A stretch of 64,000 nt of DNA, taken from NCBI GenBank assembly GCA_048617235.1, contig JBMCHT010000003.1, positions 81,958 to 145,957 on the forward strand, read 5' to 3'. Made by a program: the position numbers and the translations under genes. Below the pieces are notes generated by a model. It was given only the letters and a program-made list of their open reading frames with translations, was not told where the DNA came from and ran no database searches. Positions 27,405-36,534 of the stretch are shown here, one piece after another (the stretch's first letter is position 1; each line of letters begins with the position of its first letter). This stretch comes from Patescibacteria group bacterium (GTDB taxonomy: Bacteria; Patescibacteriota; Minisyncoccia; Phycocordibacterales; XYD1-FULL-46-19).

Positions 27405-30400
27405 ATGCTTATAACTCATAAAAAAAAGTTTATTATTACATCTTTATTGATTGTTTTTTTTGTTGTTTTATTGATTAATCCTAAAGAAACAATAGCCACT
27501 GAAGAAGAATTTTCAGATAGATATGAAAATTGTGTTAATTCCCTCGTCGATACGAGCAGGCCTCCTGATGATGATTTAGAGTCACAAATAAACTGGCTGA
27601 AAGAGCGATCTGCTTTCTATTTGGAAAAAAGTTTTGAAATTGAACCACAATTAGAAGAAATGAGAGAAAATTCTGATAATACTTTCCTAAGGCCTACTTT
27701 TGTTTGTGCTTTTGATACTGATGGCTTATGTGATTACGAGCCCAGAGATTTTTTAAACGCATCAGTTGAAACCATAGAAGGAACATTATCAAATTCTTAT
27801 ATAATATCTTTTCCTAATGGAGACTCTATAGAAACTTCCGGTAGATACTGGAATTACAACGAGTGGTTCCAAAAATCTTCAGATTATCAAAGTCTTAGAG
27901 CAGAAAGAAGTCGTTTTAATGCTCTTTCGTCCGAAATACTTCAATGTGTAAGCTTGGGAGAAACTGCTTTAAATTATGAAAATTTAAATCCAGAAGAAAT
28001 AGATGAAACAGAAGAAGAATTAATTGAACTGGAAAATTATGCTGAACAAGAAAGGAGAGAATCTTCAAACACAAGCAGGGCTCAAATAGAAAGACTGGAT
28101 GCATCTAGATTAGATATTGATAAAAGTTGGTTTTGTTTAGGGCACGGTAATATCATCGGTTTTGATTTTGGAGATCCTGTTTGTTATATAGAGCTTTTCA
28201 CTATGCTATTTGAAGTTATAAGAGATATGGTGGTTAGCATTTTAACAGAAATAATATCTCCTTTTTACGATACGGTTATCCATCATTCAGTGATAGAAAT
28301 AACCCAATTTTTAGACACTGATTCTGCAAATCAAGTCTGGATAGCTGTTAGAGATGTCGCTAATTTATTTTTTATATTTATTCTTTTATATGTTTCTTTT
28401 AGTATAACCTTACAAATAGGAGGGGCTAATGACAAACGGCTTATAGCTATGGTTATTATCATAGCTTTATTAATTAATTTTAGTGCCGCCCTTACCAAAG
28501 TAGCTATAGACGCCTCTAATATAACAGCTTTACATTTTTTGGAACAAATAGATGAAGATGGGGAGGTAGGAACAAGACTGCAGATAACCAGTAAATTTAG
28601 TACATTAAGCGCAAGTCAACTACCAGGTGGAGATAATCAAATAGAAAGAGAAGCTGCTTGGAAAAGATTAATGGCTACTGTTGCTAATATAGTCTTCGCT
28701 TTTATTTTAATAATTGCTCTTTTAGTGGGCTCTTTCTTATATTTATGGAGAGTTGTCATATTTTTAATATTAATTGTAGCTTCTCCTTTGGCGTTTGTAG
28801 GCTTTGCTTTACCTAAAATAAAGACCATGATTACAGACAAATGGCTGTCTCAACTGTTTTGTTGGTGTGCTTTCGCTCCAATATCTATGTTCTTTTTGTG
28901 GGCTAGTTTTACTTTAGCAGAAGGCACTAATCTGGAAGGGGGTTTTTTTGAATTAATGATTCATTTCTTTATTATTTGCGCCCTGGTTATCGGCTCGTTT
29001 GTTATGTCTCAAATATTATCCTGTTCCGGATCAAGCTCCATAGCCGGACGAGGAGTTGGAGCATTAAATTATACCAAAGACAAAGCTGCAACCGGCTTAA
29101 AACATGGAGCAGGAAAAACTGCCAAGTGGGCTGCTACCAGTGATACCAAAAAATATGGAGGTAAACTGGCTAATCGCATAGGTGGATTAAAAGACACAGG
29201 CTATGATATGCAGAAATCAGACAGTAGAACCAAGCGTGTATTAGGGCGAGCCTCAGAGTGGGTAGGTGATAAAGGTCAAAAAATAGCAGATAAAACAGGC
29301 CAAACTAAAGTACAAGAAAGCAAAGTAAAAAGAGCAACAGAAGTAATAAATAAAGGAGAAAATGCTGATGAAAAAGCTCGGACCTTTAATAGGTTGAACA
29401 AAATTACAGGAGCCGTCGGAATGAATAGATTAACTCAAGCCGATTGGGTGGCCAATCAATCTGGACAACAATTAGCTGAACTTGCCAATTCTATTAAAGA
29501 CCTAAAAACAAAAGAAGATTTTAGAGGAAACTTGGATAAATTACTGGCTCGAGATCCGGAAAAGAAAAAAGAATTTTTGGAAGCTTTACCTAAAGAGCAA
29601 GAAAAATCGGCTACTAAAGTTAAACCGGGAGAATTAAATAAAGAAACCGAAATTGAAAGAAATAGAGAAGCCGGTCAACAACGAGCTGCGAATGTTCTAG
29701 CTTTATCAAATGATAAAAAAGGAGAAGAGCCCAGCGAGAGACAAAAAGTTTTAGCAGAAATAGACACTGAAACCTTAGCCAATATGTTAAATAGTACCGA
29801 CAATGAAGCAGATTACCAACAACTTATAGATGATTTAAATCAGACATTAGATCCTCAAAAAATGGAGAGAGTTTTCGAAGAGATGGCTAAAGATTTAAGT
29901 AAAACTTTAAATGCTATTTCTTTTATTTCTGATCCGAATAAAAAAGAAGAATTAATGACAACAGAACTGGGAAGAGTTGGTAAAATGGATATCAATTACC
30001 AACAACAAGCCTATAACAAAACAGATGAATTAACCAGAGATGGCATCAGAGAAGCTGTCATCAGTGGAATGGCCGTAGCTGGAGTCAATATAAAAGATTT
30101 AGACCAAAAACTTCCAAAAGACAAACAAGAAAAAGAAAAAACCATAGAAAGATTAGAAGCTGAGGATAACCTTAAAAATTCAGATGCAAATACTTCCGAA
30201 GAAGATATTAAGAAATATTTAGATACCTTAACCACAGACATGAAAGTAAACTTACCGGATGAAGTTCTTAAAAAAGAAAGAGTGGTAGCCAATTTAGATA
30301 TAGCCACTATTAATAAATTAACTCAAGCTTCAAAAACACCTGATTTATTGAGAGAAATTGGTAAGGTGGTAGAAGAATTAAAAAGAAAAAAGGATCCTAA

Positions 30401-30698
30401 AGGTGATGCTTTATGGGGATCTATGAAGAGTATGACAACACAATCAATGTTTTTCAGTCACAACGATACAGGAAACACCGGTGGAGAATCCAGCCAAACA
30501 TCTAACCCACCCTCCCAAACATCTAACCAATCTACCTTAAAAGAAGATCCAAATTCATTTGAAGCAACTAAAAGAGAAAAACAAGAAAAAAGCGGAGTAT
30601 CAGAAGAAGATGAAGAAGAAGCAAATCAAAGGTTGAAAAAACTCCGAAGAGAAATGAGAAATAATAATAATAATAATAATAATAATAATCAACAATAA
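27405..30698 (+). CDS. VirB6/TrbL-like polytopic membrane protein with a large N-terminal extracytoplasmic domain and a long charged C-terminal tail ending in poly-Asn
   Basis: Signal/TM at the N-terminus. Block of ~6-7 hydrophobic helices at aa ~300-540. ~550-aa K/E-rich hydrophilic tail. Architecture resembles PrgH/TcpH/VirB6-type proteins. Placed 2 genes upstream of the PrgI-like and VirB4-like genes. Confidence 0.45.
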   Translation: MLITHKKKFIITSLLIVFFVVLLINPKETIATEEEFSDRYENCVNSLVDTSRPPDDDLESQINWLKERSAFYLEKSFEIEPQLEEMRENSDNTFLRPTFVCAFDTDGLCDYEPRDFLNASVETIEGTLSNSYIISFPNGDSIETSGRYWNYNEWFQKSSDYQSLRAERSRFNALSSEILQCVSLGETALNYENLNPEEIDETEEELIELENYAEQERRESSNTSRAQIERLDASRLDIDKSWFCLGHGNIIGFDFGDPVCYIELFTMLFEVIRDMVVSILTEIISPFYDTVIHHSVIEITQFLDTDSANQVWIAVRDVANLFFIFILLYVSFSITLQIGGANDKRLIAMVIIIALLINFSAALTKVAIDASNITALHFLEQIDEDGEVGTRLQITSKFSTLSASQLPGGDNQIEREAAWKRLMATVANIVFAFILIIALLVGSFLYLWRVVIFLILIVASPLAFVGFALPKIKTMITDKWLSQLFCWCAFAPISMFFLWASFTLAEGTNLEGGFFELMIHFFIICALVIGSFVMSQILSCSGSSSIAGRGVGALNYTKDKAATGLKHGAGKTAKWAATSDTKKYGGKLANRIGGLKDTGYDMQKSDSRTKRVLGRASEWVGDKGQKIADKTGQTKVQESKVKRATEVINKGENADEKARTFNRLNKITGAVGMNRLTQADWVANQSGQQLAELANSIKDLKTKEDFRGNLDKLLARDPEKKKEFLEALPKEQEKSATKVKPGELNKETEIERNREAGQQRAANVLALSNDKKGEEPSERQKVLAEIDTETLANMLNSTDNEADYQQLIDDLNQTLDPQKMERVFEEMAKDLSKTLNAISFISDPNKKEELMTTELGRVGKMDINYQQQAYNKTDELTRDGIREAVISGMAVAGVNIKDLDQKLPKDKQEKEKTIERLEAEDNLKNSDANTSEEDIKKYLDTLTTDMKVNLPDEVLKKERVVANLDIATINKLTQASKTPDLLREIGKVVEELKRKKDPKGDALWGSMKSMTTQSMFFSHNDTGNTGGESSQTSNPPSQTSNQSTLKEDPNSFEATKREKQEKSGVSEEDEEEANQRLKKLRREMRNNNNNNNNNNQQ
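30661..30690 (+). repeat. (AAT)10 microsatellite encoding the C-terminal poly-Asn of the VirB6-like protein
   Basis: aataataataataataataataataataat read directly. Confidence 0.9.
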
Positions 30699-30700
30699 AC

Positions 30701-31195
30701 ATGCCTTTAACCCCCGAAATAATTCAAGAAAAAACCAAAGACTTACCGGAAAAAGTCAAAGAGGCTTTCTTTTCTTCAGAAACCAGTAAAACTATTCGTG
30801 AAGTAGGTCAAAAAAACAATCTTCATATAGATCAAATAGGAATATTGGCAGATTTAACCGGACAAGTTTTATTAGGAATATTGCCGGTAAGTAGTTTTAC
30901 TCGACATCTTTCCAATTACTTGCATATAGATACCGAAACGGCTAAATTTATGGCCATTGAAATAAATGAAAAGATATTTTTACCTATCAGAGAAGATTTA
31001 AAGAAAGTTAATATTTCTAAAAAAGAAGACACTGAGCCGGAAAAGAAAAAAGCGGATTCGCCACCGCCTCCACCAACTACGGAAAAAACCGAAGAAAAAG
31101 AAACTATTAAAAAAGATTTGTATCAAGACAGAAAATCCGAATTAAGTGGTAGTATAGATAATGTAGATGATCCTTATCGAGAACCAATAGAATAA
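30701..31195 (+). CDS. hypothetical hydrophilic protein with a Pro-rich segment, in the T4SS-like operon
   Basis: Tight spacing (2 nt after the upstream stop). No TM segment. PPPPTTEKTEEKE. Confidence 0.4.
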   Translation: MPLTPEIIQEKTKDLPEKVKEAFFSSETSKTIREVGQKNNLHIDQIGILADLTGQVLLGILPVSSFTRHLSNYLHIDTETAKFMAIEINEKIFLPIREDLKKVNISKKEDTEPEKKKADSPPPPPTTEKTEEKETIKKDLYQDRKSELSGSIDNVDDPYREPIE

Positions 31196-31199
31196 AAAT

Positions 31200-31628
31200 A
31201 TGCGCTTTCAAGTTCCACAATTTATAGATATTGAAGATAAAATTTTCGGACCTTTATCTTTTAAGCAATTTATTTACATAGCCGGGGGAGCCGGGGGAGC
31301 TTATTTATCTTTTCAAATACTACCCCCTATTATTAATATATTGTTTGTAGTTGTATTCGGTGGTTTGGGTCTGGCTTTGGCTTTTTATAAAGTAAACGAG
31401 CGTCCTTTAATCTTAATAATTCAATCAGCTATCAAACATTTTTTAAACAGTAAATTGTATTTATGGGAAAAGAAAAAACCCTCTGTTCCTCAAAAACAAG
31501 AAAAAGAGGAAGGGTCTGAAGTAAAACAAGAAATTTTACCTAAAATGTCCAAAAGTAAATTAGAAGATTTATCTTGGAGTTTAGATGTTAAACAAAAACC
31601 TGAAGAACCGGAGAATGAAGCCCTGTAA
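31200..31628 (+). CDS. PrgI-family (VirB3-like) small membrane protein
   Basis: N-terminus RFQVPQFIDIEDKIFGPLSFKQFIYI follows the PrgI pattern (KVP-x-DL-x-EDRI-x-x-LS-x-RQ), followed by two TM helices. It lies immediately upstream of the VirB4 homolog. Confidence 0.5.
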   Translation: MRFQVPQFIDIEDKIFGPLSFKQFIYIAGGAGGAYLSFQILPPIINILFVVVFGGLGLALAFYKVNERPLILIIQSAIKHFLNSKLYLWEKKKPSVPQKQEKEEGSEVKQEILPKMSKSKLEDLSWSLDVKQKPEEPENEAL

Positions 31629-31664
31629 ATTTTCCTCAACTACTATAATTAAAGAAAGGCTCGG

Positions 31665-32339
31665 TTGTGTTATAATAAGATTATGTTGAATATTAATTCC
31701 AAACCAACTCAAGATTTTTTATCCATAAAAGCTATTAGAAATGACTTGGTTATTATGAAAGATAATAGTTATCGTGCTGTTTTACTAACCACCGCCACTA
31801 ACTTTGCTTTAAAATCTGATGATGAACAAATTGCTATTATCTCTCAGTATCAGAACTTTCTCAATTCTTTGGATTTTTCCATACAAATTTTTATTCAATC
31901 TCGAAGATTAGATATTAATCCCTATTTAATGACCATTAAAAAATTACAAAAAAACCAGACTAATGAATTACTAAAAATACAAACCAAAGAATATATAGAT
32001 TTTATTAAAACTTTCGTAGAAAACTCCAATATTATGTCTAAAAGTTTTTTTGTGGTTATTCCATATTATAGTACAGTTGCTTCCGATAGCGGATCTTTTT
32101 TAAGTAACACTCTCCCTTTTTTAAAACAAAAAGATGAAGGCAAGAAAAAAATGGAAACCGAAGAATATCAAGCGCAAGTAGAACAAAGAATAGGAGTAGT
32201 GGAGCAAGGTTTATCTAGAACCGGTATTAAATCAAGCCGTTTAGGTACAGAGGAATTAATAGAATTATATTTCAAAATATTTAATCCCGGAGAACAAGGA
32301 TTACCTTCTATGGATAATTTGCAACAAGCTAAAAAGTAA
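31665..32339 (+). CDS. VirB4/TrbE-family ATPase, N-terminal segment (split from the ATPase body by a frame change)
   Basis: IKAIRNDLVIMKDNSYRAVLLTTATNFALKSDDEQIAIISQYQNFLNSLDFSIQIFIQSRRLD matches the start of Gram-positive-type VirB4/PrgJ/TrsE. Ends TAA 32337-32339, immediately after an A5 run. Confidence 0.5.
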   Translation: MCYNKIMLNINSKPTQDFLSIKAIRNDLVIMKDNSYRAVLLTTATNFALKSDDEQIAIISQYQNFLNSLDFSIQIFIQSRRLDINPYLMTIKKLQKNQTNELLKIQTKEYIDFIKTFVENSNIMSKSFFVVIPYYSTVASDSGSFLSNTLPFLKQKDEGKKKMETEEYQAQVEQRIGVVEQGLSRTGIKSSRLGTEELIELYFKIFNPGEQGLPSMDNLQQAKK

Positions 32340-32344
32340 GCAAT

Positions 32345-34153
32345 ATGTGGCCTTTTACTAACAAAACAAAAGAAAAAGAGTTAACCGCTTTCTTGCCGAC
32401 AGATATTTATCAAGCCGGGATAATGGAGTTAAAAGATATTATTGCTCCATCGGCTTTAAAAATAAACAGCAACAATTTAAATCTGGGAGATAAAATTGCT
32501 AAAACTTTTTTTGTTATTTCTTACCCTCGCTTTTTAAATGAAGGTTGGTTTTCTCCTATTATTAATATGGATAGAGTTTTTGATATCTCTATTTTTATCC
32601 ATCCTATAGATTCGGCGGTAGCTTTGAAACAATTACAAAAAAAATTAGCCGAAGTTCAAAGCCAAATAAATACAAAAATGGAAAAAGGCTTTGTTCGTGA
32701 TCCAATTTTAGATACCTCTCAACAAGATATTGAATCCCTAAGAGACCAATTACAACAAGCTGAAGAAAAAATATTCAATGTTGGAGTCTACATCACTATT
32801 TATGGTCAAAATAAACAAGACTTATTTGAAGCCGAGTCTGAAATAAAATCAACCTTAGATTCTCAATTAATATATATTAAACCGGCTTTATTCCAACAAG
32901 GAGAAGGTTTTAGAAGTGTTATTCCTTTAGCTCAAGATGAACTAAAAATACATACTAAACTAAATTCCAATCCTTTATCTAGTTTATTTCCTTTTATTTC
33001 TTTTGACTTAACTTCTAATAAAGGAATTTTATTCGGCACCAACCGACACAACTCTTCTTTAGTGTTATTTGATCGCTTTTCCTTAGCAAACTATAACTCA
33101 GTCACCTTTGCCAAGTCCGGTAGTGGTAAGTCTTACACCACTAAATTGGAAATCTTAAGAAGTTTAATGTATGACACCGATGTTATTGTGATAGACCCCG
33201 AAAGAGAATATGAATTTTTATCTGAAGCTGTCGGAGGTAGATATTTTAATATTTCCTTAACTTCCGAACACCATATTAATCCTTTCGATTTACCACCACC
33301 CGGAGAAGATGAATCACCGGGAGATATTTTAAGAGGTAATATAATCAACTTAGTTGGTTTATTTAGAATAATGCTTGGCGGTTTAAATTCTGAAGAAGAT
33401 TCAATTATAGACAAAGCTATCACTGAAACTTATGCTTTAAAAGACATCACTTCCGATAATGATTTTTCTAACAAACCAACTCCATTATTATCCGACCTGG
33501 AATTAGTTTTGGCCGGTATGGAAGGAGGAGAGTCTTTGGCTCAAAGATTAACCAAATATACTCAAGGTACCTGGTCGGGCTTTCTAAACAAACCTACCAA
33601 TGTGGATATTAATAAAAATTTTGTGGTATTTTCCGTTAGAGATATGGAAGACGAATTAAAACCGGCGGTTATGTATATTGTAATGCACCATATCTGGAAT
33701 ACAGTCAGGCGAAATATTAGAAAACGTCTTTTAGTGGTTGATGAAGCCTGGTGGATGATGAAATCCGAGGATACGGCTTCTTTTTTGTACTCTTTAGTTA
33801 AAAGAGGTCGAAAATATTATTTAGGCACCGCCACTATCACTCAAGATGTAGGAGATTTCTTGCGCTCACCTTACGGTACCCCGATTATTACCAACTCTTC
33901 TTTGTATTTTTTATTAAAACAGTCTCCGGCTTCCATAGATTTGGTTCAAAAAACTTTCAATTTAACTGATGAAGAAAAATATCTTTTATTGGAATCAAAT
34001 ATTGGAGAGGGGATATTCTTTGCCGGTTTAAAAAGAGTGGCTCTTAAAGTTATTGCCTCTTATACTGAAGATCAAATAATAACTTCCGACCCTTCAGAAT
34101 TATTAAATATTAAAAAAGCCAAACAGGAATTGGAAATGGATGCAGAAAAATAA
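32345..34153 (+). CDS. VirB4/TrbE/CagE-family type IV secretion ATPase (C-terminal 602 aa)
   Basis: Walker A FAKSGSGKSYTT, Walker B LLVVDEAWWMM (the DEAW signature of VirB4/TraC). Conserved VirB4 N-proximal block IAPSALKIN...FVISYPRF. Confidence 0.7.
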   Translation: MWPFTNKTKEKELTAFLPTDIYQAGIMELKDIIAPSALKINSNNLNLGDKIAKTFFVISYPRFLNEGWFSPIINMDRVFDISIFIHPIDSAVALKQLQKKLAEVQSQINTKMEKGFVRDPILDTSQQDIESLRDQLQQAEEKIFNVGVYITIYGQNKQDLFEAESEIKSTLDSQLIYIKPALFQQGEGFRSVIPLAQDELKIHTKLNSNPLSSLFPFISFDLTSNKGILFGTNRHNSSLVLFDRFSLANYNSVTFAKSGSGKSYTTKLEILRSLMYDTDVIVIDPEREYEFLSEAVGGRYFNISLTSEHHINPFDLPPPGEDESPGDILRGNIINLVGLFRIMLGGLNSEEDSIIDKAITETYALKDITSDNDFSNKPTPLLSDLELVLAGMEGGESLAQRLTKYTQGTWSGFLNKPTNVDINKNFVVFSVRDMEDELKPAVMYIVMHHIWNTVRRNIRKRLLVVDEAWWMMKSEDTASFLYSLVKRGRKYYLGTATITQDVGDFLRSPYGTPIITNSSLYFLLKQSPASIDLVQKTFNLTDEEKYLLLESNIGEGIFFAGLKRVALKVIASYTEDQIITSDPSELLNIKKAKQELEMDAEK

Positions 34154-34174
34154 AAAATATTTTAAAATAATAAT

Positions 34175-35164
34175 ATGTCTTCTTTTTTAAAAACTCTTCT
34201 CCTTGCAATAATTTTGGTTTCTCCTGTTGTAATTGAGGCCAGATTATTGGATTCTTCAGGAGGGAGCATAGTTCCTGTTTTTAAACCGAAAAATCCCGGA
34301 CCCAATCAAGAAATAATAATAACTCTGGATGGTTACGGTTATAATATAAATCGTAGTTTAATTAGATGGGAAGAAAACAATAATGTATTAAAAGAAGGGG
34401 TAGGAGAAAAACAACTTAATTTTACCACTGGAGCAATCGGCTCTAAACATTTCATTAATGTAACTATTTTAACCGATACCGGCCGACAAGTTACCGGTCA
34501 AATATTATTGGATCCGGCTGAAGTAGATATGGTTTGGGAAGGGTTGACTGTTAATCGCCCAAATTATCAAGGAGGTAATTTAGCTTTAGATGGGGGAGAG
34601 GTAAGAGTGGTGGCTATACCTCAGATGACTGATTCTCAAGGTCAATTAATGGCAAATGATGAATTATTATATGAATGGCGAATTGATGGCCAAAAAGTAA
34701 TAAACATAGATAATAAACAAAAATATTTAGATGTTCGTTTAAGAATAGACAGGCCAATAAGAGTTAGGGTAACCGTTACCAACCCGGTAACCGAAACTAA
34801 AACTAGTAATTTACTTATTTTAAGATCCAAACAAAAACCGGTTTTAGCGATTTATGAAGTTAAACCTTTAATGGGACCTATCTACAACCGAGGAATAAGA
34901 AATATTTTTGAAATAGATTCACCAGAAACTGTTTTAAAAGCCGAGCTTTATCACTTACCACCTGATATTAGTAACAAAATAAGATTTAACTGGCTAATGG
35001 AAGATAAAAAGATAGCCAGCTCCGGCTCTGGTGGGGAATTATTAGGAATAGAAGCTCCTGCCACCTTAAGTGAATCTATACCCATAACAGTTGAAGCCCT
35101 CTTTCCGGAAGGAAATAATATTACAAAAAGTTTTATGATTAAACCCCAAGTAATAGATTTTTAA
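34175..35164 (+). CDS. secreted hypothetical protein (signal peptide, beta-rich)
   Basis: Signal peptide MSSFLKTLLLAIILVSPVVIEA. No recognisable motifs. Confidence 0.4.
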   Translation: MSSFLKTLLLAIILVSPVVIEARLLDSSGGSIVPVFKPKNPGPNQEIIITLDGYGYNINRSLIRWEENNNVLKEGVGEKQLNFTTGAIGSKHFINVTILTDTGRQVTGQILLDPAEVDMVWEGLTVNRPNYQGGNLALDGGEVRVVAIPQMTDSQGQLMANDELLYEWRIDGQKVINIDNKQKYLDVRLRIDRPIRVRVTVTNPVTETKTSNLLILRSKQKPVLAIYEVKPLMGPIYNRGIRNIFEIDSPETVLKAELYHLPPDISNKIRFNWLMEDKKIASSGSGGELLGIEAPATLSESIPITVEALFPEGNNITKSFMIKPQVIDF

Positions 35165-35167
35165 GTT

Positions 35168-36019
35168 ATGAATTTTTTATCTACAGAAAAAGCTTTGGCT
35201 CAAGTGGTTAGTAGATACCAATTATTAGAACAGACAATTGTCGGTGAGACGGTTTCTAGCTTTCCTGAATATTTGAGTCAAATTTATACTGTTTTTTTAA
35301 CTGTAGTTACTGTTTTAGCGGTTTTAATTTTAGTTTATGGTGGGATTGAATATTCAATTAGTGAAGCTTTTAGTACTAAAGAAAATGCTAAAAAAAGAAT
35401 GCAATCAGCTTTATTTGGTTTACTTTTGGCTTTATCTTCGGCTTTACTCTTACAAACTATTAATCCGGAATTATTGAATCTGGAAATTGAAATGGAAGCC
35501 TTGGATCCGGTAGGGAGTGGACAGTCTGCAGTTACAGACGGTAGTAATCCTGAATTTCAATCAGAACCTAACCCTCAGGCTCCAATAGAATCGTCAGGAG
35601 ATATACAAAAAGATATTTATAATGCAGCCAAAGCATATGAAAATAGTAGTACCAGTGCAGGACCAGGAAATGGCGTCGTAGCTTGCGCTTGGGCAGTAAA
35701 TAATGTTATCACAAAAGCCGGCTACCAATCGGTTAATGGTGATGCAGTTAAAAGCATGAAATCAGTATTAGACGGTAGTAGAGGGCAAGAAATAAATAAA
35801 AGTGAAGCTAGGCCTGGTGATATTGCTATAGTAACCGATGCTCCTTCAAAAGAGAGTGGCAAATTAGGAAATCATGTTGGGATATGTACAGATAATGGAT
35901 GTAATCGTGTTTTATCCAATTCAAGCAGTAGAGCTCAGTTTGATTACACAGGTGGATTTGGTTTTCCTGAAGCTTATAATGAAGGTGGTAATGAGTATGT
36001 TTATAGATTAAATAATTAA
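35168..36019 (+). CDS. membrane-anchored (helical hairpin) CHAP/NlpC-P60-like peptidoglycan hydrolase; VirB1-like functional slot
   Basis: Two hydrophobic helices (IYTVFLTVVTVLAVLILVYGG; ALFGLLLALSSALLLQTI). C-terminal domain with candidate catalytic Cys (VVACAWAVNNV) and His (GNHVGICTDNG) spaced as in CHAP domains. Confidence 0.5.
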   Translation: MNFLSTEKALAQVVSRYQLLEQTIVGETVSSFPEYLSQIYTVFLTVVTVLAVLILVYGGIEYSISEAFSTKENAKKRMQSALFGLLLALSSALLLQTINPELLNLEIEMEALDPVGSGQSAVTDGSNPEFQSEPNPQAPIESSGDIQKDIYNAAKAYENSSTSAGPGNGVVACAWAVNNVITKAGYQSVNGDAVKSMKSVLDGSRGQEINKSEARPGDIAIVTDAPSKESGKLGNHVGICTDNGCNRVLSNSSSRAQFDYTGGFGFPEAYNEGGNEYVYRLNN

Positions 36020-36030
36020 ATTATTATTTT

Positions 36031-36531
36031 ATGAAAAACCAAAATTATATATATTATATTATACTGGGGATTTTGATTATTGTTGCCGGTATTGTCTTAG
36101 GTATAATAAATAACTCAAAAAAAGAACCGGAAATAATTACTCCTCCGGAAACTACAAACAATAATGATATAGAAACCGACAATAATGGACAAGAAATAGT
36201 TGAATTAAATAAAGATGAAAAAGAAGAAATGGTTCAACAAATTAAAGAACAAATTAAAAAAGATTTTAATTTGGAAAATAATATAGAAGAAGAAAACAAT
36301 CAAGATGATTTTATTTTAGAAGAGACTTTTATTTCCTTCCCTTATGCTGTACAAATTTGGACGACAGAACATACAGGAGGATTTGTTGTTCTAAAATTTT
36401 CTGAAACAAATAATGAGTGGACTTCTTTAGATTCAGACGGTGGAGCTCCATATACTCAATATTTAATGGACTTTTATAATATACCACAAAAAAATGCCGA
36501 AGATTTGGTTAATAAAATTTATAATTTATAA
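36031..36531 (+). CDS. hypothetical N-terminally anchored membrane protein
   Basis: TM helix YIYYIILGILIIVAGIVLGII. Acidic linker. Confidence 0.4.
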   Translation: MKNQNYIYYIILGILIIVAGIVLGIINNSKKEPEIITPPETTNNNDIETDNNGQEIVELNKDEKEEMVQQIKEQIKKDFNLENNIEEENNQDDFILEETFISFPYAVQIWTTEHTGGFVVLKFSETNNEWTSLDSDGGAPYTQYLMDFYNIPQKNAEDLVNKIYNL

Positions 36532-36534
36532 AAT

